The notes under the pieces were generated by a model that was not told where the DNA came from, searched no databases, and was given only the letters and a program-made list of their open reading frames with translations. DNA of 64,000 bases. Source: Schizosaccharomyces osmophilus (lineage: Eukaryota). Position 1 is the first letter of the stretch; the number at the start of each line of letters is the position of its first letter. The translations under genes and the position numbers were made by a program. Shown here one piece after another: positions 1-11,414 of this stretch. The DNA is taken from positions 1,054,001 through 1,118,000 of the forward strand of contig NC_079239.1 of assembly GCF_027921745.1 (NCBI RefSeq). The letters run 5' to 3'.

Positions 1-1113
1 GCTCGTAAAAAGCCATTTCAAGATCAAGACCAGTGAATTCAGTCATGTGACGATAAGTGTTGGATTCTTCAGCACGGAACACAGGACCGACCTCGAAAAC
101 ACGCTCACGGTCAGCGGAGATAAGCATTTGCTTGTAAAGTTGAGGAGATTGGGAAAGGTAACCTGCACCCTTGAAGTAAGAAATTTTGAATACATTTGCA
201 CCACCCTCACTAGAGGCACCAGTCATTTTAGGGGTATGAATTTCGTTAAAAGAGTTGGCTAACAAATACTCACGGAAAGCATCACAGATACCAGATTGGA
301 TGTCGAAGATGGCTTGGTTGGTAGGACTTCTAAGGTCTAAGACACGGTTGTCGAGACGAGTGTCAAGTAAAACTCGAACAAACTTGGAGTCACCTTCTTT
401 GGCGTTTTCTTCGGATTCACGAATTTGTTCTTCTGAGCGATCGGCATCTTCGACAAGGAAAGGAAGGTGCTTCTTGACGGGAGAAACGACATAAACATTG
501 GAAACATGGATTTCAGCATCTTGAACGGTAGCACTCTTGATAACTTCAGGACTCTTTTGAACGGTACCTTCTATTGCGACGATAGACTCTAATCCGATGC
601 TGCCGCACCATTTGACCATGGGCTTGCTAATAGTGTCCTTATTGACAACTACCAAAGCTTGAATAGTGTTGTATTGTTGGCGCAAAGAAAAAAAGCACAT
701 TTTGTTGCCTTGAAGACGTGAAGTGTATACTCTGGCACGGACCGAAACCTTTTGGCCATCCTTGGCAGCAGAAATATCTTTGATGTCCGTATAGACACGA
801 TTTCCACGGGAAGTGGAACGGTTTAATGGTAAAACACCATAGCGTCCTTCAGAATAATCGACTTCAGAAGCTTCGCGCTTAGACTTTTCTTCATTCTCGC
901 GAGCTTCTCTTTCAATTCTCTTTTGCTCCTTTTCACGCTCCTTCTCTAACTTTTTCAGGGCTTTTTTTGACAATGGCTGTCCATCTTCTCTATCAACACA
1001 TTATTAGTACACAGATTCACTTTCGTTTTCATGTCGCAAACTTACCCAAGGATAACGTCCTTCGCGACTTCCTTTTTCTCTTCGAGAGCGAGGTCTTGTA
1101 CTTGTTTTTCCAT
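1..1113 (-). CDS. drs1: Cytoplasmic aspartyl-tRNA synthetase, 5' part (runs off window start); intron 1045-990
   Basis: Manual translation: [42 protein letters not shown], then OB-fold region, [15 protein letters not shown] and motif-1 region FNEIHTPK. The intron has a GTAAGT donor, CTAAT branch and TAG acceptor. The ORF track missed this gene. Confidence 0.93.
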
Positions 1114-2108
1114 CTCGTACTAAATGACTTCAAGTGTTTGGAAAAAGTCAACCTTTGGTGTTCACCTCTCCTCGAGTTTGGTGCAAAATTGCAGATACAG
1201 ATTTTGGGCGTATCAGTAAACGAGACTATCGATACCGAGCGTTTTACGTATCACGGTATTATGGTGTTTTGGTACATGTCACTATCGTGTAAACAAAGAA
1301 ATTTCAATTTAAAAGAAAAGTATCCAAGTTAGTCATAGAACCCGTACATGGATGAATAGTTTAATAACATAAATGAAGACAATGACTGTAAACCGCTTGG
1401 CATATGTTGATACCTAAGGAGGGTTTGCCAAATTGATACTATCCAAATTTCGTTTTCTTTATGTAGACTAGACGTTGGAAAATGATATTCAAAAATTTAT
1501 GGCTTATCTTTTCAATTTTAATATTATTGAAGTATATAAAGTTCTTTTTCCTTTTTGACTGACAAACAGGGTGATGGAACAGTTTGTAAATTATGTTAAT
1601 ACAAGGATAAACCATTCAGCCTTTTTAATGAACATCTCAGCAACACCGGATTTAAAAGTCAATGAAGCCACCCAAAGAAACGCGAACTAAAAACTTTAGT
1701 TTTATTGGAACCTTGTGCTCCTTTCTATGAAAGACTTTCCTTGATTTATGTATCGTATCGCTTCCTGGGTAATATTTGCTAAAAACTACATAAGCATTAT
1801 GCTCCTATAAACGTTTCCTCTTCGACCATGCGACGCAAATGAAAAGAATATCCAAATCTAGTGTCATATTTGTTTATCTATCTTAAGCATACTTATGCTT
1901 TTACAAAAACAGACAAAAAATTTACTTCCGAGCGTTACCTGGAATTTTTTAGCTTCGCTTAGTCGGCGAATTCAACTTGCCAAGAACCATTCACACTGAG
2001 CCCAATAATTGATCTTTTCATTTGGGTTTCTATTTATTCACTTCTTTTTGGATTTCTATTTTTTTTTTGTATACCCGGTATATAGAATAGGTTCACTGTA
2101 CATTCAAT

Positions 2109-3567
2109 ATGCCTCAACCTATAAAAGTATTGTGTTTGCACGGTAAGTATTTCTTATTGATTCCTGAAGTGGGAAAAAAATTCGGCTTTTATTTACGTGC
2201 GACATAGAATGCTAATTTTTACATCAGGTTGGGTGCAATCTGGCCCTACAATGTCGAAAAAGATGGGAACAGTTCAAAAGTACTTGTCCAAGTTTGCTGA
2301 ATTGCATTTCCCTACAGGTCCCGTAGAGTACAAAGCAGAAGCCGACCCCAATGACGAAGCCGAGCAAAAGCGACTTGCTTCCATGGGTGCCGACCAAGGT
2401 GGTAAATATGGTTGGTTTGAAGTAGAAGACTTCAAAAACACTTATGAGTGCTGGGATAAGAGTTTGCAAGTTATCAATGAGTACATGAAGGAAAAGGGAC
2501 CTTTTGATGGGATAATTGGTTTCTCCCAAGGTGCTGGTATTGGTGCTATGTTGGCACATCTTTTGCAACCTGGCCAACCCCCTAATCCTTATGTACAACA
2601 TCCTCCTTTAAAGTTTGCCGTATTTATTGGTGGTTTCCGCTCTGAAAAGCCAGAGTTCGATCACTTTTATGAGCCTAAACTTAGTCTACCCAATTTGCAC
2701 ATCAGTGGTACCGCCGATACCCTTGTTCCTCTTGCACGTTCCAAGCAATTGATGGAGCGTTGTGAGAATCCCAATATTTTGTTGCATCCTGGTATGCATG
2801 TTATTCCCCAACAAGCTATTTACAAGACTGGAATCCGTGACTTTATGTACTCCGTTCCTATCTCTGGTGAGGCTACGAAGCATCCTCGTGATTTGACTTT
2901 AATTGTTGCAGTTTCTTCTCCATCATTGGGCATTGGTAAGAAGAACAATATGCCTTGGCACATTAAGGAAGAAATGGGTTACTTCGCAAACGTGACCAAT
3001 TCCACGAATGGCATTGAGCTTGCCGAAGGAAAATCCAAGATTATGAACGTTGTACTGATGGGCCGCGCATGTTACGACAGCATTCCCAAGAAGAATCGTC
3101 CCTTGAAGGAGCGTATTAATGTAGTCATTACTCGTACTGAAAAGTACAACTTTGGTTTGACCAAGAAGGACAAAATTCCTGAGCACTTGTATGCTGCCGA
3201 TTCCATTGATGCGGCTTTGGATACTCTAGCTGAAAAATATGATAACACCGATATTCAAATTGGTAAGGTGTTTGTCATCGGAGGTTCCTTCTTGTACGGT
3301 AGCGCTCTTTACCACCGTTTGACAAAGAACATTCTTTTTACTCGCATTTACCATGAGTACCAATGCGACTCATTCTTCCCATTTGAGCCCAAGGATGCAG
3401 CTGCATGGGAGAAGAAGTCTCATGCTGAACTTGAAAAGTTTGTCGGTATTCCAGTGCACGAAGGTCACCTGAAGGCTGTTGGATCCAAGAATGAGGAAGT
3501 TGAACTAGAATTTGAATTGTATGGTAAAGATGATGTCTCTCATGCATTGTCCAAGTTGACTGTTTAA
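2109..3567 (+). CDS. dfr1: FSH1-type serine hydrolase / dihydrofolate reductase fusion; intron 2143-2227
   Basis: Exon 1 MPQPIKVLCLHG, GFSQG nucleophile motif, and a C-terminal DHFR domain (GIGKKNNMPW, VLMGR, RPLKERINVVIT, FVIGG, CDSFFP). Confidence 0.95.
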
Positions 3568-3878
3568 AATAAAGAATGAAAAATAGAGGATTTATTTCGT
3601 TTGTTATCGAGTTTGCTGATTTGTAAGTATTTGATGTGCTGGATTGCGCATGCGCGTAAAGTAGAAGAAAAGAAAAACAAATTATATATGTATTCACGAA
3701 TTATCAATTCACACTAATTCTATTATTGTTCACCGTAAAAAGTATGCAACGCTTTTTCGGTTGCACATTAGGCATAATTTAAAACGAGGTACTTGTAGAT
3801 ACAAGAGAAAGGCATGAGGAAAAAGCACAACGAAATGAAATGGGCTTTATTAAGGAAAACGTAAGCAAAAAAGAAGCA

Positions 3879-4778
3879 TTACTTTCTGGCAACGGTGCAA
3901 GTGATGTAGCCAGAAGGATAAGCCTGAGGTTGGTATAAAGAGCACTTGTCTCCGTGGTTATCAATGTCGAAAGGAGTGAGATTGATTTCAAAGTAGTGCT
4001 TGTTGGGAAGACCATAGAATACCTCGGCAACAGCAGGGAACTTATTGATAATTTGGTCAGCCATCTTGTACATGGTAGCTTGAACGCTAGCACTATCGTC
4101 CAAGGCAAAAGTATCAAGGGTGATTTCCTTTGCGCTGGTATAAGTATAGTTAAAGTCGTAAGAAGAAAGTTCATCAATAGTAGAAAATTGATTAAAGGTG
4201 TAGTTGCAATCGATGCTGGTAGAAAAGATACGGTCGTCGACTTCAGGCAAGGTAGTGAATTCGCACTTGTGAAATTTGTTGAAGGCACTGCCAGTACTCT
4301 TGAGAACCAAGACATCCTTCAAGGAGCTGACAACATCGAATCCCTTGCCCTCAGTGAAAGCCACATGGGTCTTGCGGGTTTCGCTGGGGTCACGAATGAA
4401 GGAATGGTTGTGAGGTTTTCCTTGAACGTTCATGCGGGCCCATGGAGTGAGAGTGATGTCTACTGCAGCACCATGGATATGTTGGTAGCGGTCAACAAAG
4501 TGCTTTGCGAGTTTTGCGGCAAAAACTTCGAGCACGCTGACATCGTTGTTTTTGGCAAAGACATAAATGGTATTCTTTTGAGTGTCCGTGGGAACGACAA
4601 TAGTATTATCGGCTTTGGTATAGGATTCATCGAGTTCACCACTCAGCATACTTTGAATATCCATCTCGTAGACGGTGTGAATCTTTGTTTCTGGACAAAC
4701 ATCCTTCTTCATAAATTTGACCATCGTCTTACCGTACGAGGCTTGCTTAACATAGGTACTATTTGAGGTATTTGTCAT
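3879..4778 (-). CDS. uro1: Urate oxidase (uricase)
   Basis: Uricase motifs YGK, VPTDTQKNT, VLKSTGSAF, SVQATMY and PNKHYF. Confidence 0.96.
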   Translation of the reverse strand: MTNTSNSTYVKQASYGKTMVKFMKKDVCPETKIHTVYEMDIQSMLSGELDESYTKADNTIVVPTDTQKNTIYVFAKNNDVSVLEVFAAKLAKHFVDRYQHIHGAAVDITLTPWARMNVQGKPHNHSFIRDPSETRKTHVAFTEGKGFDVVSSLKDVLVLKSTGSAFNKFHKCEFTTLPEVDDRIFSTSIDCNYTFNQFSTIDELSSYDFNYTYTSAKEITLDTFALDDSASVQATMYKMADQIINKFPAVAEVFYGLPNKHYFEINLTPFDIDNHGDKCSLYQPQAYPSGYITCTVARK

Positions 4779-6046
4779 GATGATTGCAAAAGAAAGGGTC
4801 TAAAAGATTATAAAGAAATAGAATATAAGAGAGAAATTGTAGTCTTCTCGAGCAAAAGTAATAATTTGGTTTTTGTCTGCGTACTTTGAAGAGCTCAATG
4901 ATCCTTTTCTTTGCGACGATTGCTTCCTTTATATAGCATTGTACACCACAATACAAATGTGCACTCGAATTTGGCGTATCTCGTTCCTTGAGAAAACCCC
5001 GTTTCGTTCCAGATAGCGCCCTATTCAACGATGCGATTCATCGGAGGGAGGCAAACCAAAGAAAGAGAAAAAGAAAAAAGACGCAGAGAGAGAGAGAAAA
5101 AAAAAATTTCAAAATACATTCAAGCAAGGTCTTTTGATTTGGACTCGAGACTTCCACCATTGGATTCTCGCTCTCTCTCTCTCTCTTGTCTTTCTTTCTT
5201 TCTTTCTTCCAAATTGTTTCTAGTGCCCTCGATCGTCATCATCTGCAATCCTTTCTCCGAGTCAGCGATAGAAATCACTGAGTGCTCCTGTCTATCAAAG
5301 TGCTATTTTTTAGTTTATTTTTTACTCTTATTTATCAATAGAATAATTCATTTTTGTTTTTTCATAGTTTCCGATTTCTCTTGGCATGTTTCGAATCTTT
5401 CTTTTGGACTCGGATGCCTACGTAATCCTTGGCTTTTGCACGATCCATTACAATGGTTTCTTTCTTTAATGTTTTTGTGTTATGTATTGTAAAAGGGGAT
5501 TGCAAAGTAGTACGTTCTTCCGTAAACTGCCTGGGTTCCTTGGGTTACGATTGTGGGTTCCTTGGAAAAAATACAAGAAAAGTGATACTTGGGTTTCAGA
5601 AGCGAAAGGATTCAAAAAAAAAAAAAATAACACCTAAAGTCCAGTAAGTTGCTTGAGTTCCTTAGATTTGCAGTTTTGGTGTGAAACGGGTTCCTCGGGA
5701 ATCGCAAGTAATCCCACAGAATCAAACTTCCATCACCCAAAAAAGAAATCACCTCTCAAACTGCTTGGTCAACGATACAATTCTAGTCTTCCCTTGCTCT
5801 TTCTTGCCCGCTCTTGTCGTTCCTTTTGATTTTCTGACCTTTTTTGTTTTTGTTCTCTGGGTGAGGTAACAAACTGACATTTGCATATAAGACCGTTTTT
5901 TTTGCTTTCCTAAACTTGTCTTTCACAAGCAATTTTTTGCTTCGTGTCCAAAGTCCATTTAGGCGTTTGTAGTTTTTCTTACAACGCAAACAAATTTTTA
6001 AAAAAGGTATAAACTTGCAATAGAAACTTCTGTCAGCTTGCTTTGC

Positions 6047-6125
6047 TAGGATGCTGAATTATCTGATTTAATGAGGCTGATGGTCTAGACAACCAAAATG
6101 CTGTCAATTTATTTTACTGAGCTTA
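6047..6125 (+). ncRNA. Intronic box C/D snoRNA guiding 2'-O-methylation of 18S rRNA A100 (snR51/SNORD57-type guide)
   Basis: CTGATTTAATGAG (6063-6075) is the 13-nt complement of conserved 18S CUCAUUAAAUCAG. It is followed 1 nt later by D' CTGA (6077-6080), and the +5 rule lands on A100 (S. cerevisiae numbering). Box C variant ATGCTGA 6051-6057, box D CTGA 6117-6120, terminal stem TAGG/CTTA, branch CTAAC 6182-6186 and TAG 6193-6195 downstream. Confidence 0.82.
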
Positions 6126-6488
6126 ACATGACAAACGAATGTTGAATTTCTGTTTATTATTTTCATTTCCCTTTTCATTTGCTAACCTCTTATAGAGTAC
6201 GAGTTCAAGCTTGCATTTCATTCATTATTCTAGTTAGAATTCATAGGAAATAAAAACAACATTAAAAAAAAACAAAGATATTCATAACAAAAAATATTTT
6301 TAAACTGTAAAATCACAACAATAGAATTCAAACTGTACTTCTTCCCTCTATTCCTTGGGGTTCCTCGTTAAGGTCCAACAAGCAAGACATCTTTTGTCGG
6401 CTGTTTATTACTTTCATTCGAATTCTCATTCACCATCTTGGTTGTAGATGGTCTTCCAAAATCATACTTGCTTATGGCATCCTCAAGC

Positions 6489-7557
6489 TCACTCATCTTC
6501 TGAGGCACTGCTTACTGCGTCGTAAGAAGTTGCAGAAGCCCGCCCGCTCTCTTCTTCTTGTCTTGACAAGTCACGCAACGAAATAGGCTTTCCAGCTATA
6601 AGTGTTTGTTTATCCTCGGGATTCCTCCCCAGCTCTTGATCAAGACCAAGCTCAAGTTCCTTGGCAAAGTCGTCAAGCTCCAGCACATCGTCCGCCTCCC
6701 CCTCTGTACCTGATCCAATTTCAATAGTATCAGAATCCCGGGCTGAATTTGAGCTGGAACGAATCGCTGCATCCTTTGCTGACATTGCAAACGCGGGAAC
6801 CGACCGTTGGCTTGAAGTCTGTGATTGTGTCTTTGGATTAGATCCCTTGTCTGCGGCAGACGCAGCAGCATGAGATGGTTCTTTGGTCGTTGACGAAGCA
6901 GAGGTGGAGGATGGCACTGTGGGAAAAGCCAATCCCTTTGTCATGGGTTCCGAGGGCTGCTGAGGTGCTATGTTTGTAGCCGCTCGTCCTCCATTGCGGA
7001 GGGCGTGAACTCTGATAATCTCATCCATCTGCTCAATCGTGAATGTCTAGACACAGGAGGGAATTAGTGAGAACATAGCTGCGATACCATCAACAAACCT
7101 TATTTTTAGGATTGTATACCAACACACAATCCACATTTCGTGCTTGCTGACCCGATCCTTCAAACACATGGGGACGTCCATCTTCCTACAAAACAGAAAC
7201 TTCGTTAGAAAAACATCAACGTTGTGCAGTACATGTATGTACGCGGTTGAAAAGACCTACAAGTGTAGATGGTACATTCAGTCGATAAGTATCCTGGATT
7301 TTTTCCATGTCGCCTTTACGGCTACGATCCACGCTTTCTGGTTTAAAGTTATCTAACATCACATAATTAGAATTGAAACCTTCATAAAAACAATTTGAAA
7401 TTGTCCAACTCCATCGTCTGATCATCGACAACGAGCTATGTCTTTCTTTACTCTAGTGAGCTTTCTACCTACATTTCACAGAAACCAATCCATTCGACTC
7501 GTTTAAAAAACTAGACCCAGGAAAAATAGGATATGATCCTTTTTGAAGAGAGTTCAT
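6489..7557 (-). CDS. eaf1: ELL-associated factor Eaf1; introns 7472-7353, 7260-7186, 7098-7047
   Basis: Spliced translation MNSLQKGSYPIFPGSSF...YNFKPESVD...HVFEGS...DCVLVYNP...TFTIEQMD gives the EAF domain, followed by a Ser/acidic C-terminus. Confidence 0.88.
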
Positions 7558-7825
7558 CTTCTGTTTATGCTGTGAAAAAAAGTCAACTTTGGCTTTCAAC
7601 TCACATATCCTTTCCTGAATAGTGAATCTCGTAGTTTGGTTTATCATCCATTGATGGTGATCACTAAACACGAAACAAGGACGCAAGCTGAATCTTTTAA
7701 AAAAATTTTTTAGGATAATACAATGAGGAAGGAAATTTCATGCAAAAAACAAGTCGATGCCTCATTCATGAAAAGTGTTCATCTGCTCTATATATAAATA
7801 TATACTTTATTTTATAGTATCAGCT

Positions 7826-7944
7826 GTCTACGGCCATACCTAGGCGAAAACACCAGTTCCCGTCCGATCACTGCAGTTAAGCGTCTGAGGGTCTCGTTAG
7901 TACTATGGTTGGAGACAACATGGGAATCCGGGATGCTGTAGGCT
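7826..7944 (+). rRNA. Dispersed 5S rRNA gene
   Basis: 119 nt GTCTACGGCCATACCTAGGCG...GCTGTAGGCT, near-identical to fission-yeast 5S. TATA-like tract upstream and T-run Pol III terminator at about 7951-7955. Confidence 0.98.
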
Positions 7945-8113
7945 CCTTTCTTTTTGCTGTTCGTTTATTTAATTGTTGAACAGTTTCTTCTGCTAAACAC
8001 CGGTAAGTATCTCTCTTGTTTACAAACGTCTTCATATTCCATAAATGTGCAACCTCCTACTATTGCAACGAACGGTTACCTGGGAGGTAACACTGTTGAG
8101 TTTTTAGAGAAAA

Positions 8114-8629
8114 TTAAAATAAATTAAGAACTCTTATGATGAATTCCAGAACGGTACCAGAAATTGCGCATGTTAGAAAGAATTGGCCTAAAGGACAAAA
8201 GAAATCCCAAGGATATCCAATTTCGCTAGATACGTGTAGTAACCAAGAAAGGAAGTCATAGTGGTAAAAGGCAGCTAATGAGCACAATAATGATAAAACC
8301 GATGTCGAAATGCAGTGAACTGTTCTGTTTTGAACGATTACATTTTTAGGAAAGTGATGTTTTGTTTCTTTCTTATATTCAGCTAAAAAAGTATAGGCGT
8401 TGGCTTTAATCTTGTTGTCTTCATCAACATAATAATCTTTATCCAAAAAACAAAAAATCAAGGAAAACTACTACCTTGTTTCGTTTGATTTTTGGAGAAC
8501 CTGACCCGAATGATTCTTTAATATCCTGCGGTGTATTCAAAGGAAGCCCCTTTTCAAGACCAATGTTGAAAGCATGGCCCTCAGGAGGAACACTTGAATC
8601 CAAGCTAGCTTCTCTTCAGACATATTCAT
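8114..8629 (-). pseudogene. Decayed spliced membrane-protein gene next to 5S rDNA, possibly a wtf (or wag) family remnant
   Basis: Segment 8612-8475 reads EASLDSSVPPEGHAFNIGLEKGLPLNTP, resembling the Wtf exon-1 IDLEKG/LPxY region. It is out of frame with ATGs at 8629/8623 and has an in-frame TGA at 8618-8616. A possible intron 8474-8411 joins it to a hydrophobic frame ending at 8114. GTAAACAAA (FLEX core) lies at 8770-8778. Confidence 0.4.
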
Positions 8630-9273
8630 ACAAAATTAATATCAATTGGCAAGAATTAACGGCAAGGATGTTGGTTTCAATAAGAAATCTCGCATCACTT
8701 ACGCAGCGTTGAGTCACAAGGGCAAGTAACATCTTGTAACTTAGCTTTTATTTACAGAAACAGAAAAATGTAAACAAAGCATTTTTTTTTTAAATAAAAA
8801 AAGACTCACTATAGGAATTTGAGAGGCGTAAATTATAGACTTTACTATCTTTCTTTTCCATCCCATTTTCTCTATTTTTTTTAAGTTATTTTGTGGTAAC
8901 GCTAGTTTGCTTCCCATAGTTAGTTTATCTTGCTAGCCAAGTAAACCATTAAACCAGGATTAGAAAAAAAGAGGCTTAAGGATTTGGCATATATGTAGAA
9001 AAAAAACTCCTGTTTATAAGATCGTGTTGATCCTCTCCTATAGTATCCAGTTATTTCTTCAGGAACCAGCATCTTCGAAGATTTAATAACTAGCCTTTAA
9101 GTAACTTTTTGGGTACAGAAACGCTTTTCTTTAATGAAATGAAGACTTCCCTTTCAACCAAGAATGTTCTTATCCACCAACAGAATCGATCTTAATCTAT
9201 TATTGTTTTTTCTCTCATTTTCGCTAAAAGTGTTTGAAATAAATAAAAATAAATGTACTTCACGTCAACTGAA

Positions 9274-9346
9274 GGTCGGATAGCACAGTTGGTAGTGCGC
9301 ATGACTGTTAATCATGAGGTCGTGGGTTCGAGCCCCACTCTGACCG
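9274..9346 (+). tRNA. tRNA-Asn(GTT)
   Basis: Cloverleaf with GGTCGGA/TCTGACC acceptor stem, anticodon arm CATGA-CTGTTAA-TCATG, GGTTCGAGCCC T arm and T-run terminator. Confidence 0.97.
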
Positions 9347-9561
9347 TCTTTTTGGTTTTTTTATTCTATTCTAACAATTAAAAAAATACAACCCAAAGAT
9401 AGATTAATCATTGGTTTACTATTTCGCATTACATGTAACTAATTAAATATGTAAATTTGTAAGAAATGAATATCATTACATTCACAGTTTATTAGTGACC
9501 AAAAATTTCTTAAAAATGGAGTAGCACAAAACATATTAAAAATAAAAATTAGGACCAAAAT

Positions 9562-11319
9562 CTAATGATGGAAAAGACGCAAGGGAATCTCAGTATAAAC
9601 CATGCCAAACTCATCAGCAGTGTCATGAACTGCCTTGTCCATAACACTTCCACCAGGAGCAGCGATGTATTTGACACCACTTTGGGAGAGTCTATAAACA
9701 TTATCAGGGAAGGGGAAGAAAGCATCGCTAGCGCAGACAACGTCCTTAAGAGAAGCAAGAAATTCTTGACGTTCTTGAGTTGTGAGAGGTTCAGGGATGC
9801 TTTCGAAAACCGATTTCCATTGTTCACGCTCACTGCCTTCAGAAGGAACGGCACCCAAAACATACAAATCGATGGCATTGGACTTCTCAGGACGCTTGGA
9901 AGTCTTCTTGAACTGCATGCCTAAAACCTTGGGATGATGACGGAACCACCAGTTATCGGCCTTGTCACCAGCCAAACGGTTGCAGTGGATTCTCGATTGT
10001 TGACCAGCACCCAAACCAACAACCATACCGCTTTTAGCGTAACAAACAGAGTTACTTTGGGTAAACTTCAAAGCGGTGGTGGCAACGACCAAATCAATAA
10101 GAGCGGACTTGGGTAAATCCTTGTTCTTACTAACAACTTTGTCAAAGAGTGAATAATCAATCTTGGCGTGGTTGCGGTGCTGTTGTAAACTGATACCATA
10201 GACTTGACGGGTTTCAAGCTCAGCAGGAACATAGTTGGGATCCATTTGCAAAATACAGTATTTACCACCCTTCTTCTTCTTTAAAATCTCCAAAGCCTCG
10301 GGCTCAAAATCTGGAGCAATGACACCGTCAGAGACCTCACGGGAAATTATACGAGCAGTGCACACGTCAACCTTGGAGGAGAGAGCAATGAAGTCACCAA
10401 AAGAAGACATACGGTCAGCACCACGAGCTCTAGCATAAGCGCAGGCCAAGGGGGTCAATTCGCCAATGTCACTGACAAAATAGACACTCTTTTCGACATC
10501 GGATAAAGGAACACCAACGGCAGCGCCGGCAGGAGAAACATGCTTAAAGGAAGCAGCAGCGGGAAGGCCAATGTTTTCATGTAACTCTTTGACGAGAGGC
10601 CATGAGTTTAAACCATCAAGCAAATTGATATAACCAGGAGAGCCACCAAGAACCTTGAAGGGAAGGGGGCCACTTTCCATGAAAGCCTGAGCTGGAGATT
10701 GGTGAGGGTTAGCACCGTAGCGCAGAGTCATTTGGTCCACACCAACAGAGTATTGTTTGCGGAAGTAGTCAGTGATGGCGGAATCATAGGAAGCAGTAGA
10801 AGCAAAGGCCTTCAGAGCGTACTGATTTCTGTCATCTTGAGTTAAAGAGTTCGTAAGTAACTTTTCGGCAAAATTAGGATAATCTTTGGGATCAGTAAGG
10901 ATGCTGACACGAGCATGGTTCTTTGCGGCGGCACGTAACAAAGTGACACCACCAATGTCGATTTCTTCGACAGCTTCAGGAATAGTGACATTAGGCTTTG
11001 CAATTGTTTCTCTGAAGGGATACAGATTGCAAACAACGACGTCGATCTTCTCAATCTGTTGTTCGACAAGGTCCTTCTCATCAGAGGAGATGTCACGAGC
11101 AAGAATCCCGCCATGAACAGCAGGATGAAGGGTCTTTACACGGCCACCCAAAATTTCAGGAGCATTCGTGATGGAGGAAACATCCTGGATTTCCATTCCA
11201 GCTTCACGAATCATTTTCGCGGTACCACCACTACCAAGCAATTTGATTCCCTTATTCACAAGTGCCTTGGCCAGGTCCAATAGACCTGTTTTATCGTAAA
11301 CACTAAGTAACGCATACAT
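9562..11319 (-). CDS. ade10: Bifunctional AICAR transformylase / IMP cyclohydrolase
   Basis: 585 aa with [52 protein letters not shown] and C-terminal RLFHH. Confidence 0.98.
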   Translation of the reverse strand: MYALLSVYDKTGLLDLAKALVNKGIKLLGSGGTAKMIREAGMEIQDVSSITNAPEILGGRVKTLHPAVHGGILARDISSDEKDLVEQQIEKIDVVVCNLYPFRETIAKPNVTIPEAVEEIDIGGVTLLRAAAKNHARVSILTDPKDYPNFAEKLLTNSLTQDDRNQYALKAFASTASYDSAITDYFRKQYSVGVDQMTLRYGANPHQSPAQAFMESGPLPFKVLGGSPGYINLLDGLNSWPLVKELHENIGLPAAASFKHVSPAGAAVGVPLSDVEKSVYFVSDIGELTPLACAYARARGADRMSSFGDFIALSSKVDVCTARIISREVSDGVIAPDFEPEALEILKKKKGGKYCILQMDPNYVPAELETRQVYGISLQQHRNHAKIDYSLFDKVVSKNKDLPKSALIDLVVATTALKFTQSNSVCYAKSGMVVGLGAGQQSRIHCNRLAGDKADNWWFRHHPKVLGMQFKKTSKRPEKSNAIDLYVLGAVPSEGSEREQWKSVFESIPEPLTTQERQEFLASLKDVVCASDAFFPFPDNVYRLSQSGVKYIAAPGGSVMDKAVHDTADEFGMVYTEIPLRLFHH

Positions 11320-11414
11320 TTTGGAACTGGTTTCTCAACAATCTGGCTTTAACAAGAGTATTGGTTCCGCCCAAGTTAAATAACCCTGGCATTTTTCGTT
11401 ATATCTCTCGATCT

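Noticed and set aside
3879..3890. Uricase ends in ARK; possible readthrough-generated PTS1
   Set aside because: The stop is TAA followed by TGC, not the TGA-CTA readthrough context, and the extension does not end in an SKL-like tripeptide.
3954..4766. 270-aa + strand ORF antisense to uricase (and similar shadows over drs1, ade10, ure7, sum3, alp14)
   Set aside because: Codon-register mirror of biased, highly expressed genes, mostly with non-ATG starts and no recognisable motifs.
5031..5492. 153-aa ORF in the track
   Set aside because: Built from AG/CT microsatellites and poly-A/T runs, with no protein-like features.
5035..6195. Structured region plus downstream intron as telomerase RNA (TER1)
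   Set aside because: No template complementary to a GGGTTAC(TT)-type repeat on the folding strand and no Sm site abutting a donor. The intron is better explained as a snoRNA host.
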